A program made the position numbers and the translations under genes. Under the pieces are notes generated by a model that worked only from the letters and a program-made list of their open reading frames with translations, was not told the DNA's origin and did no database searches. Positions 1 to 10,968 of a DNA stretch of 63,820 nucleotides are shown here, piece by piece. Numbering within the stretch: the stretch's first letter is position 1; each line of letters starts with the position of its first letter. Origin of the DNA: Gracilinanus agilis (lineage: Eukaryota); the NCBI RefSeq assembly GCF_016433145.1, contig NC_058131.1, positions 634,523,308 through 634,587,127 on the forward strand, in the 5' to 3' direction.

Positions 1-78
1 TAAGTGAAACCATGAAGTTGAATACTTTTGGGTGATGGCAATTTCCCATGGTTTGATGTCATTTTCTACCAATTGAAT

Positions 79-132
79 CTCTCACTGTCTCTCTGTCTCT
101 CTCTTCTCTCTGTCTCTGTCTCTCTCTCTTCT
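79..132. repeat. Imperfect (TC)n/(TCTG)n microsatellite, probably a decayed SINE tail
   Basis: tctctcactgtctctctgtctctctcttctctctgtctctgtctctctctctt, directly adjacent to the 3' end of a minus-strand SINE. Confidence 0.8.
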
Positions 133-136
133 CTCA

Positions 137-312
137 TTTTAAAACATTCCCTTAGAATCCATATTGTGTATTGGTTCCAAGGCAGTAGAGTACCAAGGGC
201 TAGGCAATGGGGGTTGAGTGACTCGCCTAGGAAAGTGTCTGAGGCCATAGTTGAACCCAGTACCTCCCTTCTCCAAGCCTGGTTCTCAATCCATTGAGCC
301 ACCCAGCTGCTT
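137..312 (-). mobile_element. Opossum CORE-SINE (SINE1_Mdo/Opo-1-like)
   Basis: Contains gtattggttccaaggcag...gggctaggcaatgggggttgagtgact and ends ccattgagccacccagctgc, matching other copies at 44078 and 45792. Confidence 0.85.
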
Positions 313-1039
313 CCTCAAATCTTCTCAGTGTCAGAAGACAATAAGGAAAGAGAGACTCAGTTCTGTAACTTTTTTGTCAATTGTGTGACTGTCAAGATAT
401 AGGCTAATGTAGGAGTGTGAAAGCCTACATTTGGTTCTTTGAAACCTCATCAAGTGGACCCCTCATCACAGATCTAATTTAGTCTCAAAAATATTTCATA
501 GAAATGGAAATACAGCCATAGGGATTGGCAGTTATTTATATGGAAGGGTGCATGGTAGTAATATAACTTGTGGTTTCTCCCAAGTATTTAGCATCCTCTT
601 CTCTGTCAGTTTTTAAAAAAAATAAATTCTTCAATTCCTTCAAAATTATTTGTTCCCGTTTCAACCTTAAGTGGCCGTGGGATGATTCTGCTTAGTTGAG
701 TCTCTACATAAGATTTATAGATCTTTATTCTTTTCTTAAATGTCTTTCTCCAACATGAGCTTCATAGAGTGATAGGTAAAGGAAACAGATGTATGACTTT
801 ATTGGCATGGGGAAATTTTAGATGTGCAAACTCTCACTTTCCTTACAGGTGGGAACCTTCTCTGCTGCAACTTAGAAATTTAGAAAGTGGCCCATGGTGT
901 AATACTCAAAAAGAAACCAAAAAAATTCACAAATTAATATTATCTACATTTTATATTTTCATTTTGGTAAACATTTTCTGATTACAATTTAATCTGATTT
1001 GGGGAATTTCATAGGCCACTTATAGCAAGGGTGATAAGA

Positions 1040-1445
1040 CTTTTTCCCCCCATTTTTATTGTCATGCAAAACACACTTCCATATGAGTCATTGTTGAAAG
1101 AGCAAAGTCATACATATCTGAAACCCCAAAAGAGAACCAAAAACACACTGATATGAAATATGACTCCAATAGTTCTTTCTCTGGAAGTGGATAGCATTCC
1201 CTGTCATAAGTCCTTCAGGATTGTCCCATTGCTGAGAATAATTAAGTTTTCATAGATAATTATCATCCAATATTGCTGTTATTGTATACAATGTTCTCCC
1301 AGTTCTGCTTGTTTTGCTTTGCATCAGTTCATGCAGATCTTTCCAGCTTTTTCTGAAATCATCTTGTCATTTCTTAGAGCACAATAGTATTTCATCACCA
1401 ACATGAACCACAATTTGTCCAATCATTCCCCAATTGATGGACAGG
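1040..1445 (-). mobile_element. L1 3' fragment (ORF2 end/3'UTR)
   Basis: catcagttcatgcagatctttccagc...ttccccaattgatggaca is the reverse complement of the L1 3' end seen in plus-strand copies at 23.8 and 37.2 kb. Confidence 0.75.
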
Positions 1446-1629
1446 GGAAATGATTTTTGTTGACTGTCTAGAGCACTGAGACCTTCAGTGACTTGCCTAA
1501 GATCACACACCAGTAAGATTTAAACCTAGCTTTTCTGACTCCAACATGAACTGAGCTTGAATGAACCACACAGAAAAGACATTTGCTAAATATTTGTTGA
1601 ATAAATGAGCGAACTTCATTTTCTTTTTT

Positions 1630-2140
1630 TGATAGATGAGGCTGCTAAGTTATAGATAGTTTATCTAGATATTAATTAGGTATTTGACAAAATCTCTCGT
1701 GGTATTTTTTTGGACAAGGTTGTAGACATAATAGATGATAATATAGTGAAAGGGATTTCTAGCATGTTCAATAATTATATGGAAAGAATGTTGACTACTG
1801 ATTATTGTCAACAACTATAGAGATCTCAGGTGCATGTCACATTCCTGGTTTAATAATGTCATGGATAAAGACATGAAAAGTATGCTCATTTACTGTTTAG
1901 GTGGTGTATAGTGGGACATAGAAGGGGTGCAGGCAGTATTAGCTAATATGGACAGGATTCAGAAATCTTTATGGGTTGGATAGATGGACCAAAATTAACA
2001 AATGAAATCTAATACAGGAAATATAAAGTTTTACATTTAAGTACAAAATAAATTAATTGTAAGAGTACAAAATGGGGAAGAATTTGATTAACACTGTGGA
2101 AGCATATAAAAGAAATATATGTTTATCTAGTCTAAAAACC
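1630..2140 (+). mobile_element. L3/CR1 RT-domain fragment
   Basis: gtttatctagatattaattaggtatttgacaaaatctctc (degenerate VYLDFSKAFDKV) and downstream aaagttttacatttaag, typical of CR1 RT. Confidence 0.65.
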
Positions 2141-2618
2141 TTTCCAAACTTGTTCTAGTATGTAGGTTAGGTCAAGAACAAAAGACTTTCCTCTTAAATG
2201 GCAACCAAAATTATCTTTTCTTGTTTAGATCCTTGTTTTCCCTGTTCCCTGAAGCAATTGGCCTGTGACCCACCCAAGGGAAGTGTTTTCTATTGTTATT
2301 CAGAAAGGACAAGGATATTGATTTCTGGCAGGAAGCCTTTGCTTTCAATCCTTGAAGGAATAGTAATCAAGAAAGAAACTGAGTAGTGACTGGTTCTGAA
2401 ATGTCAACCCAAAACTGTGTTTTAAACTATTGTGACATTTTTCTTGTTTGAGGTTTTTATGTTACCTCAAGTCACTTTAGGATAGAGTGATGTCTGAAAG
2501 CAAGAGTGAGTTATGCTAATTTGAACATTTCTCTCTCAAAGTTATAAAAGCTTGATTATTAAATTAATGTTAATTTTTAAATTATATTTTCTTTTTTTTT
2601 CAATAGAAAAAAATCATT

Positions 2619-2700
2619 AATTCCCATTGCTTAGCCCTTATGGCTCTTCTGCCTATTGGTTCTAAGACAGAAAGTAAAGGTTTTAAAAAAAAAAAAAGAA
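2619..2700 (+). mobile_element. 3' fragment of opossum SINE with A tail
   Basis: cccattgcttagcccttatggctcttctgcc...gaaagtaaaggttttaaaaaaaa. Confidence 0.7.
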
Positions 2701-2719
2701 AAATTCTGCCTTCTCTTCC

Positions 2720-5700
2720 TTTTCCCCCATGTCTCCTCCTGTGCTGCCATCCAATTAAGAAAGAAAGAAAAAAACAACACCTCTTATTACAAACATATGC
2801 AATCAAGCAAAACGGGTTTCTATAACAGGCCATATATATATATATATAAAGTCTCATTCTACTCCCTGACAAATTTAACTTTATTTCTCTATCAGGAGAT
2901 AAGTAGCATGTCCTCATTAGTTCTCTGAAATCGTGGTTGGTGATTACACTGATCAGAGTTCTTCATTCTTTCTGTTTTTATAATACAGTGTACAATGAAT
3001 TGAAGAAAGTAATTGAAATATATCCTAACTAAAAATGGAAACAGGGAATATAGACCATGTAGAATACTTAACTATATTTAGCTTTTTGGACCACTGAACT
3101 TCAAGAAATTCCTGTTTTGTTTTGTTTTGTTTTTAATCTGGCCTAGATCAGTTTGTAGAGAAGCTAGAAAAAGCTCTTAGAAAAAGGGACTCATTTATTG
3201 TGATCCATTATTCTCACAATGGAACTGATGATGATTCAGTATATTGATTCTATTGGTTTTGGGGAAAATAACAGTTACTGTGGGGTCTAAGGAGGCAGAT
3301 CAACTTAGACTACCTAGTTTAATGCTATTTTGTAGGACCATAAATGTGTGTCTAAGAATATACATATATATGTATATATATATATATAGTGTCGATGTAC
3401 ATATTACTTATATATATATTAATACAATATTTATAATATTGTTGCCATTATATAAATCATTCTTCTGTTTGTATTCATTTCACTATACATCAGTACATAT
3501 AAATTTTCCTGGGTCTGAAACAATTAGAAAATACCTTCTTATAATACAATAGTATTCTATCACATTTATATATCATAGCATGTCACTCATTTCACAAACT
3601 AAGAGGCACTCTCTCAGATTCCTATTTTTTGCCATCTTAGAAAGAGCAATAAATATATTGTATATCCTTAGATTTTTTCCCCTTCTTAGGAATAATCCCT
3701 CCATTAATTGATTCTCCATACCATTTTTTACTTCTCTCTTTCCTATTTTCCTCTTGAGTGAGATGTATTTTTGGACCTACCTGTGTAGGCATATATTATT
3801 CCTTCCTTTGATGAGCTCAGATGAAAGCATGCTCAAATGTTAGACACTCCCCACATCCCATTTTTTTTGTATAGATACTTATTTTTGCATCCTATATGAA
3901 ATAATTTTCCTTCAATTTCTTTTTCCTTCCCACTCTCATCCCAATTCCTACTCCCAGTACATTCTTCTTCTTTTTCTTAAGATCATTAAAACGTAACAGA
4001 ACCACTCCCAGGTCTTCCATTTAATTAGACTCCCTCTCTGACCCCTATGATGATAGAGTTCACTGGGGACACATGTATTTCCTCCCCATGTTAGCATGTA
4101 GTCAGTTTATTCTTATTTAGTCCTTTATCATTTTTTACTTGTGTTTACCTTTTCATGCTTCTCTTAACTTTTGTGTTCAAACATCAGTATTTATACACAG
4201 CTTTGGACTTTTCCTCAGAAATGTTCTAAAGTCCTTTATTCCATTAAAGATCCATTTCCCTCCTGTAGCATTATATTCAGTTTTTCTGGGCAAATTTGGC
4301 TGTAAGCCCATATTCTTTGATTTTTGGAATGTCATATTTCAAACTCTCCACACCTTTATCAGGGTGACTGGTAAATCATGTGTATTTCGAATGTGTTCTC
4401 TCAGTACTTGAAAACTTTTTTTTTTCTGGTCGTCTTTCTTTAACCCACAAGTTCTGAATTATGACTAAATATTTATGGGAATTTACGTTTGGTAGTTTCA
4501 GAAGGTGACCAGTGAATTCTTTCTTTTTCTACTTTCCTCTCTGTTTCTAAGAGACTTATGCAATTTTTAGATTTCCTGAAATATAATATCTAAGCTTTAG
4601 TTTCAGTTATAGCATTCAGTTTGTTTAATGTTTTATCATTTTCCCTTTAATTGTTTTCCAAGATAGTTGTTTTTGTTTTGATACACCTTATATATTTTTC
4701 TATTATAATTATTATTAGTCTTTTGACTTTGCTTTTTATATTCCTTGTTTTCTCATGAAACCTTTGGTTTCTGTTTGGTTTATTCTAATTTTAAGTTTGT
4801 TGTGGACAAAGTTTTATTCCTCTTGTGCCAAACTATTACTTTACTCTGCCAATTCTTCCTTCCATAGCTCTCATTTCTTTTCCATTTATTTTTCCTCTAG
4901 AACTTTCATTTCATTGACAAAAAAAAGCAAAAAAGGTGTTTTTTCCCCCTAACTTTTTTTTTTAAGATCGTGCTTCATCTTTCTAGAAAGTCTAGAAAGA
5001 ATTTTTGTCTGGCTTGAATTTTCCTTTGAGACTTTACTGGTAGATATTTTAAAGTCATATTCATCTTCTGAATTTGTGCCTTCAGTGTTCCTATCAATTT
5101 AATGGCTTTTCATGACGGGATTTTATTTTCGTTGTTGTTTTCTTATTCTTCCAGCCTACATCCTGACTTCTTTCAGGAACAGCTGGCTTGCTGCTTTTTT
5201 AGGTAATGATAGTGGTGTTGTTTCAGGATTTCAGGGATAGCTCAGGCTGGAGACTTTTAAGCTTTCAGGACTTCCATAGTAGTCTAATCTAAGAGAAGTC
5301 TGATTTCTGTCCACTGATCTAATATCTATAAGCTCTTGACCTAATCTTGAATTTGAGTAAAAGTAGACTTGTATTGGACTTAACCATTATTGCCTGCTGC
5401 TTGCAAGCCTTGCTGGTTCAGAACTGTAAGATCCCTTTTGGTCTAGAATTCCTGTCCTAGTTATTCCTCTGTAGACTTTAGATTGGGCTAGAAACTGGAT
5501 TTGAGACCCTTCTCTACTCCTGGGATCTCAGTAACATTGTTACTACTTGTTTTTAAATCTACTATTCTCTTGGTGCAGTTCTGTGCCTGGGTGAGAGGTT
5601 TAGGGACATGTGCCCCCCTCATTTTGTTCTTTATCTATGACTCTGAGTAATGGGTGACAAAGTTGCCAGTTGACACTTCTGTTCATTAAGGTGCCCCATA

Positions 5701-5940
5701 TAGATCTCCTCCACTTGCCCTGATGCACAATCTTTCCTTATAACCTCTCCTTGTGCTGGAATATTTCATGTAACCTCTTGGCTAGACCCATCCTCAGTGT
5801 CTACAGACTAGAAAAATGACTCACAATGACTTTTTCTTGGATTTCCACATAAGGATTTGATCTATTTTCCAAATTTGTTTGGCACAATTGGAAGTGGAGG
5901 GGAAAGGTCTCACAGTGTTGCTTCTTACTACTCCACTATA
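2720..5940 (-). mobile_element. Degraded ORF1-only (HAL1-like or internally deleted) L1
   Basis: Minus strand near 4200-4440 translates with frameshifts to IRNTHDLPVTLIKVWRV*NMTFQKSKNMGLQP..PEKLNIMLQEGKWIFNGIKDFRTFLRKSPKL (L1 ORF1p C-terminal region), followed by inter-ORF spacer and then L1 3'-end sequence with no room for ORF2. Confidence 0.65.
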
Positions 5941-6189
5941 TTGGCTCTCCCCCAATTAATGTTAAATTAATAAATTTGTTCATAGCATATTTGTACCTAA
6001 AATATAGAGTGAAGTAATAATAATTTTTTTCTCTGCAGCAACACACATTCATATAAATGACTCAAGAATTTTAATGTACTACAAACTCTCCACTGAAGCC
6101 AATTCAATTCAGCAAATATTTATTATGTACCTATAATACCTAAGACGCTGTACCATAAGTTAAATGAAAGGGTTTTAAAAAAGAGAAAA

Positions 6190-6570
6190 AAGAGTCATAG
6201 TGTAATCTGTACTGGTCTGGCCATCTTTGAATTGTTGCTTTCATTTCTGGGAGCTATATCTTAAGAGTGACAGACAAACTGGAGAGTATCCAGATTAGGG
6301 ACCAGAGTGCTGAAGAGTTTTAAAAAGAAATCATATCAACAAAGTTTAAAGAACTGAGGACATTTAGATGGAGAAGAGAAGACTATGTTGGGGGTGGGGA
6401 TAAGAAGGGAAAGCAAGAGGGAAGCATACGTGACTATTATCTTCAAATATGTGAGGTGAAAGAACAATATCAATATGTGTATATATACATATAGACATTT
6501 ATATTATATTCATACACAAAAAATACACACATCTGCATAGCTTCAAAGGGCAGGATTTTACCAATGAGAG
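6190..6570 (+). mobile_element. L3/CR1 3' fragment
   Basis: actggtctggccatctttgaattgttgctttcatttctggg...gacaaactggagagtatccag...gaactgaggacatttagatggagaagagaagact. Confidence 0.7.
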
Positions 6571-6619
6571 AAATATGATGATATTTCTAGAAAGAACTTG
6601 GGGTCACAAATATTGTTTC

Positions 6620-7330
6620 CATCCTTAGTAACGTTGAGAGGCAAGTCATTTAGAAAAGAAAAGCTATTCTGAGAATAAATAAAAGGTCAAGACCTTTGTA
6701 TGAGCATGGATTTTGGCTTTTTGGACCACAAATTCATATATAAAAATGGCAGGATTGTGCGTAAAAAGGAAGTTCCCCTAACAAGTTATCATAAGGATAC
6801 ATTTGTTTTGAGTTGAAAATATAAGGAAAGGGGCTTTAATTGTAGATGGATGGGGAGGGAGAATACCTACATATTATACCAAGCTAGATCTGATATAATA
6901 AAAAATAGAGAACTGCCATGTAGGAAGAATAGCCTTTAAAAATCCATAAATAGTTCAATGAGTTTAAAACCCAAGAAAGGAGCCAGTACTGAAAGTCTAT
7001 GACTTCACACAAGTGCACTAAATAATATACACAAATGCACTAAATGACAACAACACGAATAATAATAAACAAGAATAACAAGAGGGTTTAAAAAGAGACA
7101 AATTTTAACTCATAGGCATCACTGAGATCAAGTATGATTTACTCTATAGCAACTTCAGGTTTGTTTCCCTTCTGGAGAGATTCCAAACAAGTTTGGCATT
7201 AGATGATTTGGAAGACTATATAGGTCCTTACTGGAAAGGAAGAGTAATTTTTGATGTGTGGGAGGGAGAATTGTACATATATCCAGTTGTTTGTGAATGA
7301 CTATAACTTGCTTATTTTGCTTTGAATTTC
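6620..7330 (+). mobile_element. Old L1 spacer/3' fragments
   Basis: A-rich sequence with gggagggagaattgtacat-type L1 3' motifs; heavily decayed. Confidence 0.4.
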
Positions 7331-7901
7331 CAAATAAAATCTATTCAATATTAGGAATTTGGTTCTTGCATTGAATCTAGGATCCTTTTATGCATGTACC
7401 CTATGACCCTGATTTTATAAAGATTCTGGGTTCTCATAGAAAGGATTAGGTGGATTACTAAAGGACAGGTTCTTTCTGGGGAAATAAGTCAATGGAAAGA
7501 AAATTGTCTCAAGAACGAATTCTGCCTTTGATGTTTAATACCTATACAATTCCGAGTAAGTTATTTACTCTTCTTTGGCTCCAATTTTCTCATTGGTAAA
7601 ATAAGCAGATTAGATGACGTCTAAGGTCCCTTTCAGTACTAGATCTATAATTGTATGATCTACCTGGGGTTTAATCTGGAACATTTCCAAATATTCTTAT
7701 GACTTTACTTTTCATACATATGGGCATCAGGGTCAGTGGAACGTTTATAAGCACTCTTGGTAATAAAATGGAGAGAATGGGGGACCACATGACACGTGTG
7801 TTTTTGTGGATATTTCTTTCTTGTATGAATTGGACTAGAAAGCTGTCAAGATTCCTCCCAGCTCGCAAATTCTGTGGTTCTGTGATTCTGTGGAAGTCTT
7901 T

Positions 7902-8087
7902 TTTTTTTTAAACCCTTGTACTTCAGTGTATTGTCTCATAGGTGGAAGATTGGTAAGGGTGGGCAATGGGGGTCAAGTGACTTGCCCAGGGTCACACAGC
8001 TGGGAAGTGGCTGAGGCCGGGTTTGAACCTAGGACCTCCTGTCTTTACTAGGCCTGACTCTCACTCCACTGAGCTACCCAGCTGTCC
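7902..8087 (-). mobile_element. Young opossum SINE (SINE1_Mdo-like) with perfect 15-bp TSD
   Basis: TSD TCTGTGGAAGTCTTT at 7887-7901 and 8088-8102; poly-T tail at left; A-box/B-box-like head on minus strand. Confidence 0.92.
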
Positions 8088-8712
8088 TCTGTGGAAGTCT
8101 TTATTGCACTCTACAGAAAATGTAAAACATGCAGAGAACTTAATGGAACACATAGGACAAAGATATACAAGGCAAAGCTTTCATCATGGTTCATAAATTC
8201 CTCTCAGAAGGGAAGTGAACTTCAGGATGACAGGCAATCTGAGGACATTTTGATATAACTCAATCCCCCAACAGGAACCCTCACAGTCCAGTGCTGCCCT
8301 GTAGTTTAGATTCTCTTGAAAAAGTGAATGCACTTTGAGACTTCTGAACAAAAAACTCTATTCCTGTTAGACCTTTATTGTCTGAATGAGTGAGTGCAAT
8401 GGAGAGTGGGAGTAGCATGATTCCAGTTTATTGGTGTCCCACATCATGATTTTAGTCCCCTTATTGATCTTCGAGTCCTTGGGTCATGTGAGCTAGCCTT
8501 TTTTTCCCCCACCAAGAGGCATGAGGATTTAAAATTCTTTTCTCTAGATGGATTGTATCTCTCAGCTCTTGAAATTGTATTACTTTTGATTCAACTCCAA
8601 AGTTAGTGCTGCCAAAGAAACCTCTCTTCTTTTCCTAAAGTCTAGATTCCAGGATCATGCTCTCTGGGAAATTCAGATTATTGTTGTCCCTCCTCCTTTT
8701 CCAATACTTACA

Positions 8713-8714
<2 letters not shown>

Positions 8715-8786
<72 letters not shown>
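8715..8786. repeat. Perfect (CT)n microsatellite, about 36 units
   Basis: Uninterrupted ct run seen directly. Confidence 0.97.
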
Positions 8787-8788
<2 letters not shown>

Positions 8789-9399
8789 AAGATCAGAAGC
8801 ATTGCTCATCAGCTCCCTCTCAGAGAACATGGTTAGGCACAAATCTATTTCTGCCTTGCATTTCAGAGGAACTTGATATTCCACAATTATCTAGATACTT
8901 TTTCCATCTTTTAGACTAGGAAAATCTACTCTTATTTCTTTGGTGTCTGATCTGTGACCATAAAGAAAACAGAAAGGGAGAAAGGATCCAGGTATCTGAA
9001 ATCCAGGAATCTTTATTCCCCTATAAAAGTCACCTGGGTAGGTCACTCAACCCATCATATCACATGAGATAAAATTTGTAAAGCACTTAGCACAGTGTAT
9101 GGCAAATAATAAGTGATTTAGAAATGTTTTCCTTCTCCATTCCCCAAAATGTATTTTCTTCAAGGAAGTCATTAATAAATTCTGTTAGGAGTAAGTGGAG
9201 GGGGGGGGGATCTGATGATAATGGAGAAAATCTGAGACTTGGCATTCTGGGATATGTTATATACATATTGTATTTCACCAGTAGAATGTAAGCTCCTGGC
9301 AGGCAAATGTTATTTCTCATTTTGTCTTTGTATTCTCAATGCCTAACACAGTACTTTGAACATATTAGATACTTATGAATGAAACCCAAGATAGGACTA

Positions 9400-10215
9400 T
9401 GGTTTAGAAAGTGGTGTTTTATTCAATTAAAAACAGCATTAAAAAAGGAGAGGGCAGTGAAGTGATTATTAAAATGATTATTCATGTTATGAAATCTAGG
9501 CACCAAAATCAGGAAGCATAATGGAATGTATTTTCATAAAGATTAGTGGAGAAACAGTGGTAATGTTATCATCACAGAGTACTTCAGACCATTGAGACAG
9601 AAAAAAGGAAAAAGATGAGGAATTAGGGAAATAGATCATAAGTTTGGCACACAGGTGTGATATAGCAATGATGGGAGACTTCAATTATCTGGCCATCTGC
9701 TGGAATTCCATCTCTGCCAAAAGAGCAAAGCAGCTAATAATTTCTTGACTTGCCTTAGTGATAATTTCTTCTTTCAAAAAGTAGAGGAACAAAAAGGGAA
9801 ATTTTAATTTAGATCTGATTCACTTGGACATGGAGAAACTTGTTCCTTGGTAGGAATGATGGAAACCTATGGCCAAAATGAACACTTGATTTTACAATAA
9901 AGGAAAGGAAAACCTTAAATTTGGAGCCATTGGGTTTCAGATTTCAGAGAAAGGTTAGATAGATCCTACTGACTAAAATTCTACAGAGGAAGGTATCCCA
10001 AGACGGGATAGGAAGTTTCAAGAGTAAAATTCAGAAGATATATGGAAAAATTATTCTAAGTAGATAAGGAGGACCTAATAGATATGGTACTCAAGGAACT
10101 CATGGACCAACTTAAACTTTTAAGAGACTTATAAAGAAAATAGAAATGAAGGCAAACTGAATGAATTCAATTGCATGTGATGATCCTTCAAGAATAACAT
10201 CAAAAGTGATGTCAT
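9400..10215 (+). mobile_element. L3/CR1 ORF2, endonuclease domain and linker (piece 1 of a fragmented element)
   Basis: atgatgggagacttcaattatctggccatctgctggaattcc = MMGDFNYLAICWNS (CR1 APE motif GDFN), then NNFLTCLSDNFFFQKVEE and LDLI-like motifs. Confidence 0.8.
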
Positions 10216-10395
10216 GGACAGCGAAGTGACTCAGAGCCAGCCTTAAATGGGAGGTCCTGGTTAAAATCTGGTCTCAGACACTTCTTAGTAGTGTGACCCT
10301 GGGCAAGTCACTTAAACCCAATTGCCTAGCCCTTACCTCTCTTCTGCCTTGGAACTGTACTACTTATAAGATGGAAAGTAAGGATTAAAAAAAAA
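10216..10395 (+). mobile_element. Opossum CORE-SINE nested in L3
   Basis: gggaggtcctggttaaaatctggtctcagacacttc...cccttacctctcttctgccttggaac...aagtaaggattaaaaaaaa. Confidence 0.8.
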
Positions 10396-10968
10396 CACAA
10401 AAGAACTGATAATGATCAGAATGAGCTGAATGTCATAAAGCATTCTAAGAACAACAGAGACTTGTGTTGGGTTTTTTAAAATCTGGGTTGGGATTTTATC
10501 AAATTCTATTGCAAAAAAAGAGTTAAAAAAGGATAGAACTAATATTTGGCATGGATGAAATGACAGAAAGGTGAAACTTCTTACTTTAATTTTCTTTTTT
10601 TTCTGTCTGGAAGAACACTTTTTTGGATAGGAAAAGACCAAAAAATATTACTAATGGGGAAATGATACCCAAAATAAAGATGGAGATGAGAAGTGAAAAC
10701 TATTTTAAAATCAAGCTTCCAAAGTGGTACACTGAGGGGATGCAATGATTATAGTTTACCTATATTTTAACAGAATAGTTTATAATGTATATCATGGTAT
10801 TTTTATGGAAAAAATGGAAACATATGGATTGGATAATCATATAATTAGATAGATTCCCAGCTGGTTGAATGGGCAAATGCCAGAAAAATTATTGATGGAC
10901 TGGTGTCATTTTGGGCAGAAGTCCTTAATGGAATGCCCCAGGAATCTACGTTTGGCACTGTGTTGTTG
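10396..10968 (+). mobile_element. L3/CR1 ORF2 linker and N-terminal RT (piece 2)
   Basis: atggaaaaaatggaaacatatggattggataat = MEKMETYGLDN; ggaatgccccaggaatctacgtttggcactgtg = GMPQESTFGTV (cf. GVPQGSVLGPV). Confidence 0.8.

Noticed and set aside
407-432. Small hairpin AATGTAGG...CCTACATT
   Set aside because: An 8-bp stem is expected by chance in 64 kb
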